A DNA stretch of 64,000 nt from Camelus dromedarius. Its lineage: Eukaryota. Numbering within the stretch: position 1 is the stretch's first letter; each line of letters begins with the position of its first letter. The notes beneath the pieces were generated by a model. That model worked only from the letters and a program-made list of their open reading frames with translations. It was not told the origin of the DNA and did no database searches. A program made the position numbers and the translations under genes. The DNA lies in contig NC_087437.1 in the NCBI RefSeq assembly GCF_036321535.1, positions 21,640,001 to 21,704,000 on the forward strand, given 5' to 3'. This document shows, one piece after another, positions 1-11,500 of the stretch.

Positions 1-212
1 AATGTAAATTACTTGGTTTAAACTAATATTTTTCAATATGTGTTAGGTTCACCCAGGAATGAGCAGATTTTCACTTGCAGGCCCTGCAACTACAACTATT
101 TTTTAAAAATCTATGTTTAGTATTTCCTTTCTTTTTTAACATTGAGTTTCCTGTTCACATGTAAATTAAAATCCTTCTTAATTCCTTAAAATTTTTACCA
201 AAAAAATTGTAC

Positions 213-310
213 CTTTTTCCCATTCGTATGCCTTAGCACCAAAATCAAGCCATAGCGATAACATTCGTGGCATTGACTGATATATGAACTGATTTCCATA
301 CTGCAGAGAT
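213..310 (-). CDS. ATR: ATR exon 37 (98 nt)
   Basis: [32 protein letters not shown]; tacag acceptor, G|GTACA donor. Confidence 0.95.
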
Positions 311-3300
311 CTGTAATTATATGGAAAAGATATTAACATAGTAATCTTCTTTACATTATATGAATTCAAATTTAAAGATTTAAACTACCACTTGAGAAAC
401 AGATAGCCTTCTGACAAAAATTATATTATCAGTATTTGCTCCTAGTACAAGTTACCTTTGACTCTTCTCTCCCCACATTTTTTCTTTCTGTATCATTCCT
501 CACTAAGCTCTATATTACATGGACCAAAAATAATTCAAGTTTTGACCTAGTCAGAGTCCTGTCAGTACTTTTTTCAAATTGTCCTTAGAATCTGTGCCTT
601 CATTTGCATTCCATGGCAGTGCAAAACATATATAAAATATATTTATATTTTATTCAGATTCTTTTTCTGTTTTTTTATTGTTTTTTATGAGATATTAAAT
701 ATAGTTTTCCCTGTGCTATACAGTAGCACCTTGTTTATCTATTTTATAAATAATAGCTAATACATGCTAATCCCAAACTCCTAATTTATCCCTCACCCTT
801 TCCCCTTGGGTAACCATAAGTTTGTTTTCTATGTCTGTGAGTGTTTGTTTCATAAATATGCTCATTTGTATTATTTTTTTAGATGCAACATATAAGTGAT
901 ATCATATTATTTGTCTTTCTCTGCCTGACTTACTTCACTGAGTATGATAATCTCTAGGTCCATCTATGTTTTTGCAAATGGCACTATTTCATTCATTTTT
1001 ATGACCAAGTAATATTCCATTGTGTGTGTGTGATGTGTGTGTGTATATAGATGTGATACACACACCATACATACCACATCTTCTTTATCCATTAATCTGT
1101 TGATGGAAATTTAGGTTACTCTCAAGTCTTGACTATTGTCAAAAAGTGCTTCTATGAACATCAGGGTGCATTTATCTTTTCAAATTAAGAGTCTTCTCCA
1201 GATATATGTGCAGGAGTGGGATTGCTAGATCATATGGTAAGTCCATTTTTAGTTTTTAACTAACTTTCACATTGTTTTCCATAGTGGCTGCACCAATTTA
1301 CATTCCCACCAACAGTGTAGGAGGGTTCCCTTTTCTCCACATCCTCTCCAACATTTGTTATTTGTAGACTTTTAATACAGCTATTCTGACCAGTGTGAGG
1401 TGATACCTCACTGCAGTTTTGATTTGCATTTCTCTAATAATTTTAGCTGTTATTTCTTGAAATAAACTCCTTGCTTCCTTCTCCCTCTCTTCTCTTCTGG
1501 GGTACTCATTACCCTAAAGTTGCTCTTCCTAAAAGAGTATAGCTCTTGCAGAATTTCCTCATTTTAAAAATATCTTCTCTTTCCTGTTCTACTTTAATCA
1601 TTTCTAGATTTCTATCTTCAAGCTTGCTAATTTTCTCCTTTATATTTCCAGTGCTTTTAAGTGCATTCTTCATCTTGTTTATTAAGTTCCTCAACTCTGG
1701 AATTTCTGTTCGGTTCTTTTTTAGAGTTTCAGTCTCTTTGGTAAGTACTCCTTCTGTTTATTGATTGTATTCCTGAGCCCACTGAACTGCTTTTCTGAGT
1801 TTTCTGTAGCTCATTGTGTTTCTTCATGACAGCCATTTTGATTTCTCTATCAGTTAGATTATAATATTCTGTGTCTTTAAGTTTGGTTTCCGGAAAACTG
1901 TCGTTTGCTTTTTGTGGTACAGTGTTACTGTGGTTCTTCATGGTGCTAGATGAGTTGTTCCTCTGCCAGCATATTTGAAGTAGGGACGGGTTAAAGATTA
2001 GAGGCCTTTCTTTTGTTTTCCAGTAGGTGGCACTATAGCACAAGGTTTTGGTTTCTTTTACCTGAGCTGCCTCTGGTTCTACTTGCGAATCTGCCCTTTC
2101 CACCCTCTGCCATCTCTGTTAGAGGTATGGTTCCCTGCCCTCCTTAGCTCCTCTTGTGCCTCTGGAATCACTGGTGCCTCCCTTCTGCCACTGTCACTGG
2201 TGTTGCTGCCTGGTGCACTGGGATAGTAGGCTGTTCCACCCCGTCCAGGATCCCAAGAATTGCAGGCTCCACTGCCATGGGGGAGGGAAAAGTGGGGAGT
2301 TGGGAGAGAAGTCATGGTTGCGTGGGTGCCTCTGCTGCGTCTGGTGTTGTGAGGTTCGTGGGCTCTGCCACAGTAGGCCCGGACTCGTGGGCACCTTAAC
2401 AGCTGGAGGGATACGGTCTCAGGCCCCACTGCTGCTGCTTCCTAGTTACCTGTGGCCACAGGAGTTACTGTGGGCAGGAGGCTGGAATCATGTGCACCTC
2501 CTTCCCTACTACTATTGGGTTCTTTGGGGCTGTGGGCTCAGCTGCTGTGGCTGGAGGACTGGGATTGCAGGTACCACCTCTGCTGTTCCCTGCTTTCACC
2601 TCTTCTATGTGTTCCAGTCCACCCACCTTTAGAGGTACTGATATGTGGATTCTCCAGTGTCCTGGTGTACTGAACAGGCACCTTTGTTGCACTGTGGATG
2701 TTTTACTGGTTGTAGAAGATGAAGGACTGAGACAAAGGTACATTTTTATTTTGCCATGTTGCCTTGCTGATGTCACCCCAATCAATGAAATGTATTTATA
2801 TTTCTTAAATAATAAAACTTGAAAGTTGAAACTACTCCTTGACTCATGGGCTGCAGAATGAATGCTGTGTTAGCAGGCACGAAAACATTAATCTCATTGT
2901 AACATCTCTGTCAGAGCTACTGGGTAACCAGGTGCATTGTCAATGAGCACTCATATTTTGAAAGGAATCTCTGTTTCTAAGCAGAGTTTCTAAGCAACTG
3001 TGGGCTTAAACTATTCAGTAAAACATGTAAACAGACTCGCTGTCATCCAGGCTTCGTGGTTTCATTTATACAGCACAGGCAGAATAGATTTAGCATAAAT
3101 CTTAGGGCTGTAGGATTTTCAGAATAGTAAGTGAGCACTAGTTTCAACTTAAAGTTACCAGCTGCATTAGCCCCTAACAAGAGAATCAGCCTGTCCTTTG
3201 AAGCTTTGAGACCAGACATTAACGTCTCCTCTCCAGTTAGGAAAGCGCTAGATGGTATCTTCTTCCAACATAAGGCTGTTTTGTCTACATTGAAAGTCTG

Positions 3301-5516
3301 TTGTTCAGTGTAGCCACCTTCATGATCTGAGCTAGATCTTCTGGATAACTCGCTGCAGCTTCTACATCAGCACTTGCCACCTCACATTGCACTTTTCTGT
3401 TATGCAGATGACTTCTTTCCTTAAACCTCATGAACCAACCTCTGCTAGGTTCAAACTTCCACAGTTTCTTCACCTCTTTCAGCCTTCATAGAATATAAGA
3501 GAGTTAGGGCCTTGCTTTGGATTAGCCTTTGCTTTAAGGGAATATGGTGTCTGGTTTGATCTTCTCTCCGGACCACTATCACTTTTCCCAAATCAGCAAT
3601 AAGGCTGTTTTACTTTCTTATCATTTATGAGTTCACTGGAGTAGCACTTTTATTTTCTTTCAAAAATTTTTCCTTTGCATTCACAACCTGGCTCACTTCA
3701 GCACAAGAGGCCTAGCTTTCAGACTATCTTGGCTTTTGACATGCCTTCCTCACTGAGTTTTTTCATTTCTAGCTTCTGATTTAAAGTGAGAGATGCATGA
3801 TTCTTCCATTCCCTTGAACACTGGGAGGCCACTGTAGGGTTATTTATTGGCCTAATTTCAATATTGTTGTGTCTCAAGGAATAGGGAGGCCCAAGAAGAG
3901 GGAAAGAGATGGCAGAACGGCCAGTTGGTGCAGCAGTCAAAAACACACACAACATTTACGGAATGAGTTCCCTGTCTTATATGGGTACAACTCACGATGC
4001 CCCAAAACAATTATAGTAGTTAACTAACATCAAAGATCACTGATCACAGACCACCATAACAAATACAATAACAATGGAAAAGTTCGAAATGTTGCAAGAA
4101 TATCAGAATGTGACACAGAGATCTGAAGTGAGCAAATGCTGTTGGAAAAATGATGCTGATGAACTTGTTTGAGGCAGGGTTGTCAAAAAACTTCGATTTG
4201 TAAGACACAGTATCTGTGAAGCTCAATAAAATGAGGTATGCCTGTAATGTCCTTTCCTTCTTGAATTTAATTATCATTGAAATCCTATCCTCTTCATGAG
4301 GCCTAACAGACTTCTGGGGCAATGCAGTTCAAAGACGTATACTTTTGATATCATGAAGCCACTGGCTTGAGTTTTGACTTCAGATTTGTCCCAAATCTAT
4401 GATGCCCAGACCTGTTTGGTTCATTTCTGGATCTTGCTAATATCAAAAAGATATTTCTAATATTTATACCATTTATTTTGATATCTGATCACATTCTATT
4501 ATGTATCATTATTTAAATATTCTGTGTGCTACGGTTTCTCTATCCAATCCCTCCTTGAGGGCAAAGACTAATGCTTAATTAGTAATGACACAGTAATTCA
4601 ATTACTCAGGGGATGAGTATCAATAGCTGAGTAACCCTTGAGGCATCCAAATGTTTTAATTATTGTGGATGAAATATGTTCTAAAACAGCCTTACTTTCT
4701 TAAACTGTACTTTAAAAAATTTCACACTATACCTGATACTTTTATGCATATTAAGGAGTTTAAATAACTCCTTCTTTTAGAAGAAATGTATTAAACAAAT
4801 TCTGTACAGTAATGCACAATAAATAAATTCTGTACACTAATGCATGATATATGCTAAGACCAAAGAACAAATGAAAAGTATTACTCATTTTGGAAAGAAA
4901 AATGCATTTAACAATTAATAATCATTAATAAATAAAATTAGGTTTGGACTTTATGAAACCTGAATTCCATTTTGAAGAAAGGCTTGGCCAAATCTTGCAA
5001 TCTTAACACTACTGATGAATAAATATTGCTTTGATTCTTGAAAATATTGAACTGAGAAGTCAAAATACATAATAGGCAACTTTAAATAGATTTACTGCTC
5101 TGAAGTAAGTTACCCTTCAACATAAAGCAATGGTACATGAGTATGATAAGAAGAATGACTACTACTTCTTAGGAATTAATAACTTGTGATAATATAAACA
5201 GGCATGAGACAATACACTATCTGATGATAATACACTAATATATGAAACGATAATACACTAATATATGAAATTAAGTTATTTCACCTGTTACCTAGTTTAA
5301 GAGATAATGTCTTTCTACAGGTCTAATATCAAAACTACTTTTATATATACTACTTCTTAGCAGAATGGGCTGGAAGGAAATATTCCACTAGCAATTAAAT
5401 ACAACCATTAAATATTAGATTTAGGGTCTTCTGAAATTTCAGGGAAGGGGACTCAGGGGATCCAGAATGGGAAGGGCACTTAATTTTCACTATATATATA
5501 CATGTATATATATACA

Positions 5517-5558
<42 letters not shown>

Positions 5559-8500
5559 CTTTTTTTTTTTTTAGTTTTTTTTGGTGGGGAGGTAATTAGA
5601 TTTATTTATTTATTTTCTTAATGGAGATACTGGGGATTGAACCTAGGACCTCATGCATGCTAAGCATGTACTCTACCACTTGAGCTATACCCTCCCCTCC
5701 TATATATTCTTGGTGCTATTGAATTCTTAAAAATACATGCCTATAATACTTATTCCACTAAAACAGTTATTTTTTGAAGGGAAGGAAAAAATGTATAAAG
5801 AAAGAATTTACATCTCATCTAAGGTGATAATTTGAATCAGTGGTAAAGCAGAGAACATCCTGCATATGCCAAGATCTGTAATAATAGTTCAGTATCAACA
5901 GAGTCACCCTGATGTATTTAATCAGCAAACATGCAGTTCTCACTCTCACCTTCCAAAGTGAAGGACTATATACCGAATGAGATCACCCTGTTTTTCCATT
6001 TTGTTATCTGTGACCATGGGCATCAATTTGTCATAGTACTTGGCAAGGTAGAAATGTCCATCCTCCCACTCTGGCAGGAATAAGGTCACATCCTATAAAA
6101 GAGAACACAGGATACTCACTTAAGAAAACCCCCACTACGCTGGGAAGTAAAACACTAATAGATAATTAGGGATCAAAAGTATGAGATCCACATCTAGGCA
6201 GAGCAAAGTCAAAGGCAGACTGACTCTTTGGTGTGAATAAAGAATAGCTACTTTCTTACAAAGGTTTTCTCCAGATAGCTGGTAGGTTCTGGTGGGTTGC
6301 CCACTGACCAACATGTCATGATAATTAACTATACAGGGGGAAAAAAATTCCACTTACATTGTACTTTATAATTTTCAGGTAGATTAAAGTATTTTATGTA
6401 TGTGTGTATATGTATATTTTTATTGTTTTAAAATAACCTCAAAGAAAGTAGAAGTAATATCAAATCCTTGAAAAGGACAGGACTTTAAAAGCATACAAAT
6501 ATGGTTTAAAAAAAATCACATTATCTTGTTTTTCTCCAAGATCTCACATAAGTTATTGCCCTTACTCTCAACTGCTTCATAATCAGGCATCTAAAAAGCA
6601 TTCTCCATCTCACATTCATCCCTCAAACTATTTCTTTTTGGCTTCAGTCTACACCACTCCACTAACAGCAAATAAAGAGATACTTTCCAATTCTGATCTC
6701 ATCTGAGCTCTCTTCAGCACCTGTTTCTGTCGTCTATGCCATTTCCTCTCTGAAACACTTTCTTCCTTTTGCTTTTGTGAGGCCACAATCTTCCAAGTTT
6801 TCATCTACCTTTCTGGCCATTCCTACTGAGCCTCCTTTGTCATTTCCTCTCCCTTTCTCTGCCCTTATATTTGTGTGGTTTATTAATTTTTAATGATATT
6901 ACTTGAAAATGTTATGGAAAATATATAGAATAGCTGGATAAAAAAATTTCTAAATGAAGTTCTACTTTTAATTCCAGCAAGTTTGAGAACATGGTTTAGA
7001 ACAGGAACCTTAAATGAGATCTTAAGTTTCCTCTGAATCTAATCCTGAAACCTGACAGATAGAAACCTGCTTCTGGATAGAGAAGAAAATGACATGGCTA
7101 GATGTACGGAATAGATGCTGGATTCATGTACCTAAAAACAGCCACAGGGATGAGGCTCCCAGTGTGCTTCTCCCATCGAGTCACAGGAGAAGCAAAGGGA
7201 ACAAAGGAAAATACTAATTAAGATTTCTTCTATAAAGATATTTTTCAGTCTGGTTCTATTAGCTTTTTATCTTTCTTCCTTCCTTCTCCCGCCTCCCCTC
7301 TCCCCTTCCTTCCTTCCTGGTTTAAGATTTAAAAATTTACTTTGGAAAATAAAGTTTACATACAAATTCACCCTCTCAAACACTGCACTACTCCCTTTTT
7401 TTACCCCCCCAAATAACCACCATTGCAGATTAAATGTTTGTGTGTTCCTTGCCCCACCCCCAAATTCATACGTTGAAGCCTAATCCTCAGTGTGATGATA
7501 TCTGGAGGTGGGGTCTCTGGGCGTTGATAAGGTTATGAGTAAGGAACTCTCATGAATGTGATTAGTGCCCTTATAAAAGAGGCCCCACAGATGTCCCTTG
7601 CCTCTTGTGCCACGTGAGGTTGTAAGAAGATGGCAGTATATGTACTAGGAGGCAGGCCCTCACCAGACACTGAATCTGCTAGCACCTTGATTTTAGACTG
7701 GGATTTCAAAATTTGTAGATACTGACAGGCATAAGCAGAATACATAAACAAGATTATACTGTATAGCACAGGGAAATATATACAAGATCTTGTGGTAGCT
7801 CACAGTGAAAAAAAATGTGACAATGAATATACGTATGTTCAAGTATAATTGAAAAATTGTGCTCTACACTGGAATTTGACACAACATTTTCAAATGACTA
7901 TAAAGCAATAAGAAAATGTTAAAAAAATTTTTTTTGAACTTCCCAGCCTCTAGAACTGTGAGAAATAAATGCTGTTTAAGCCCTTCAGTATACACTATGT
8001 TTGTTATGGCATGTTTGTTACTGTTTTGCTCATTTTTGAACTTTATATAAATGGAATCATACTATATGTATGATTTTTTTATCTGTTTTTTTTTTCATTC
8101 AACATTAAGTTTGTGAGATCAATCTAAGTTGTTGCATGTAACTTTGGTTTGTTGGTTTTCATTGCTGTATGTAGTATTCTATTATAGGAATATGCTATAA
8201 TTCGTTTATCCATTCTGTAACTGATTGACATTTGAATTATTTCCAGTTTAAAATCTACAAATAATGTTGGTGTAAATATTTTTGTACATTTTCCATGGAG
8301 ACAGGCCGAGCACTGGTAAAGTGGCTGTGTCACAGTATTATCACCTTTAGGAGAAAATGCCAAACTGTTTTTCAAAATGACTGTAACAATTTATACTTCC
8401 AGCAGCACTGAACGGGAGTCTACATGTTCTATAGCCTTTCTAATACTAAAAAATATCAGGCTTTTAAATTTTAACCATTCTGGTAAGTATATATTGCTAT

Positions 8501-11500
8501 CTCATAATATTAAAATCTGCATCTATTCCTGTCTACAGGAATGTAGACTACAGTGAACATATTTTCTTTTCACTTTTTTAAGGTCATTTATATATTCACT
8601 TCTGTGAAGGCTTCTATTCAATTTTAAAATTCAGCTGTCTATTTTTTTTTAATGAAATATAGTCAGTTAACAATGTGTCAATTTCTGGTGTACAGTATAA
8701 TATCTCAGTCATATATACATACATATATTCATTTTCATATTCTTATTCATTATAGGTTACTATAAGATTTGAATATAGTTCCCTGTGCTATACAGAAAGT
8801 TATTATATTCTGGATATGAGCCTTTTATCATTTATGTATTGCAAATACCCTGTAATCTATGGCTTGCCTTTACATTCTTCAAAAAATACTTATTAATAAA
8901 TATATATTTACTATTTCTAAAATTGCAATACTGTTGACATACAATATTATGTTAGTTTAAGGTGTACTGTATAGTGATTTGATATTTGCATACATTATGA
9001 AATGATGACCATGATAAGTCTAGTAACCATCTGTCCACAAAGTTATTGCAATATTACTGACCACATTCCTCATGCTGTTTATTACATCTTCATGATTTTT
9101 TTATTATGTAACTGGAGGTTTGTATGTCTTAATCCCCTTCATCTCTTCCCTCACTACAGACCTCTCCTCCCTCTTGCCTTTACATTCTTAATGGTATCTT
9201 TTGATGAAGAAAAATTCATAATTTTAATTTAGTCAAATTTATTAATTACTTCTTTTATGGTTAGAATTTTTGGTCTGTTTAAGAAGTCTTGACTTACCGC
9301 TAGGTTTGAAGATAATCTCCTGTATTCTATTTTGGGAACTTTATTATTTTGTCTTTCACATTTAGATTTACAATCTACTTGAAGTTTATGTTTGTTTATG
9401 TTGTGAAGAAAGGATCAAGTTTGATTCCCCCCATAAGATATCTAAATGACACAACACCATTTATTGAAAAGATTATTTGTCACTATTCTACAATAGTATC
9501 TGGAATCTGTTTCTGGGTTCCCTCTTCTGCTCTACTGGTTTATTTGTCTAAACTAACATGACCACAGCACCACCTTAATTATACCTCTATAGTAAGTCTT
9601 GAAACGTATGCTAGCTATCCTCAGTTTGCCCCTCCAAATACAGCTGTCACATTGTACCCTTTTCTACCCTGCTCTGTGTCCCAAAAGATTGACATTGATG
9701 ATTTATATCAATTGGCCTATCTACCCTCTGCAAATTGTCCTGATTGTTCTTTCCTTAGCAGTTGTTCTAGCTGGGTCTCTTAGAGTTTTGAGTTATGCAT
9801 GTGCATCCTGGTATTCAGTCAAAGACTCAAAGTGATTCCTGTGCTGAACTTTTCATCAAACTCTTTTTTCTTGGTTAGTCTGCCTCATAATTCTAGCCAT
9901 CTGTTCTTAATTTATTATCTTGTATCTTCTATATTCTGTTTTTTCACTTTTAATTTTTTCTTTTTCAGTTCCCTTTCTCACTCCTTGAGATGGATTCTTA
10001 GCTCATTAATTCTGAGCCTTTATTTTCTTCTAACATACGCAAATAAAACTTCAAATTCCCTTTAAGAATGGGTTTAGCTGAATCCCACAGATTTTGCTAT
10101 GTCATACTTTTATTATTCAGTTCAAAGTATTTTTTAATTTCTACTGCAATGTTTTTCTTTGACCTATGAGTTACTGAGAAGTATCTCGTTTATAACACCA
10201 CCTATGTAAAGCTTAAAACCTAGTAAGCAAGGTATACATTGTGTTTGTTCAGAATTTTTCAGGCTAGGATGTGTTAACTTGGAGAGTAGGGTAAAAGGGT
10301 GAGTTGTAGAGTGCTAATCATATTGTTTCTTGACATGGGTGGTGGTTTCAGGAGTATATTTACTTTGTGATAATTCCTCTGGCTATATCCTTGTGTTATA
10401 TACTCACTATAAAGTCAAAAAAGTTTCATGGCTATTTTTATACATGGTTTGGACTTTAAAATAATTTTATCTATTTTTCCAAAACAACAAAGTCCACTTC
10501 TAACTGAAATTGCATTATACATATACTTACTTTATATTTTTTCATAACTGCATTGCTTTCAAAATTAGCTGTTTCTTCCATAAATCGACCCACTAGTAGC
10601 ATAGCTCGACCGTGGATTAACATGTTCTTGCTCTCGGTTGGGGTTTTATTTTCAGGAAAGCATAATTCAACACCTTTCTGAAGAACAATTAGTGCTTGGT
10701 GAACATCACCCTGAAAGAAAAAACGCAACAACAGCCTTTTAATTTAAGAACATATTTCCATTTTCTGAAAAACAATTATTAGGATTTAAAGTTCACTAGA
10801 TATTTTATGTATAAATCTATTTGTAATTTTATGTTCTCTATCATTTTCATCCTATGAATAAAAATCCTAAAAAGGAATCATTGCTTCATTTCATTCATTC
10901 ATTTACTCATTTTTTACGGTCAAAGTGCAGGGAACTGAAGATACATGTAGATAAATAGGGATAAACAAACATATATATGTCAAAATCTCTGGCTTAAAAA
11001 AGTTCATAATCAAGTGAGGAAACAAACTGTAAAACAACAGCACAATGTGCTAAGTGTTATTAACAAAAGAATATACATGAGTATTACGGAGGAAAGAGAA
11101 GAGAGTTTCCTAAATGTACCTGAAGATACAGGAAAATGGAGTTGAGCAGCAAGCAGTCAGGAAAGACGGTCAAATGGGGAAAATCTGAATTACGTCTTAA
11201 AGAATGACTAGAAATTTTCCTGGCCTAGAATTCAGTGAAGGACACTCTTGGTAGAAGTAACAATTATTTTAATTGGGAGAAAGGCAAGTAGTCTGATTTT
11301 AGCTGAAGACTAAAGGGTTTGTGAGATAGTGACAAATGAAGCTAAAGAGATGGGCTGGGAATTGATGAGAAAGTACCAATCCTAAAGGCATGAAGAATAC
11401 CTTGATGGATTTTAACCAGGGGAGCAACATGATTCAATGGGCATTTTAGAAAGATGACCACTGTAGTAGTGAACATTGGGAAAATGGTGACAGCCCCCCA

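Larger units (their letters stand above)
7330..9600 (-). mobile_element. Old L1M (L1MB/ME-type) 3' region, interrupted by nested insertions
   Basis: Degenerate L1M motifs (tttgaactttatataaatggaatcatactatatgt; gccaaactgtttttcaaaa; ttaattttagtcaaatttat). Confidence 0.65.

Noticed and set aside
1546..2822. Cluster of overlapping 70-158 aa ORFs on both strands
   Set aside because: They lie in the GC-richer L1 5'UTR/ORF1 relic where stops are rarer; only short minus-strand pieces resemble ORF1.
3131..4322. Transposase-like ORFs as a domesticated TIGD-type gene
   Set aside because: Fragmented by stops and frameshifts and truncated; an ordinary Tigger1 fossil.
4796..5270. Short direct repeats as a CRISPR-like array
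   Set aside because: Only two-copy local duplications (about 28 and 23 nt period), with no spacers, in a mammalian intron.
7157..7200. Hairpin tgcttctcc...ggagaagca (also 48007-48034) as miRNA or ncRNA
   Set aside because: Stems of 8-9 bp are too short for a pre-miRNA and are expected by chance.
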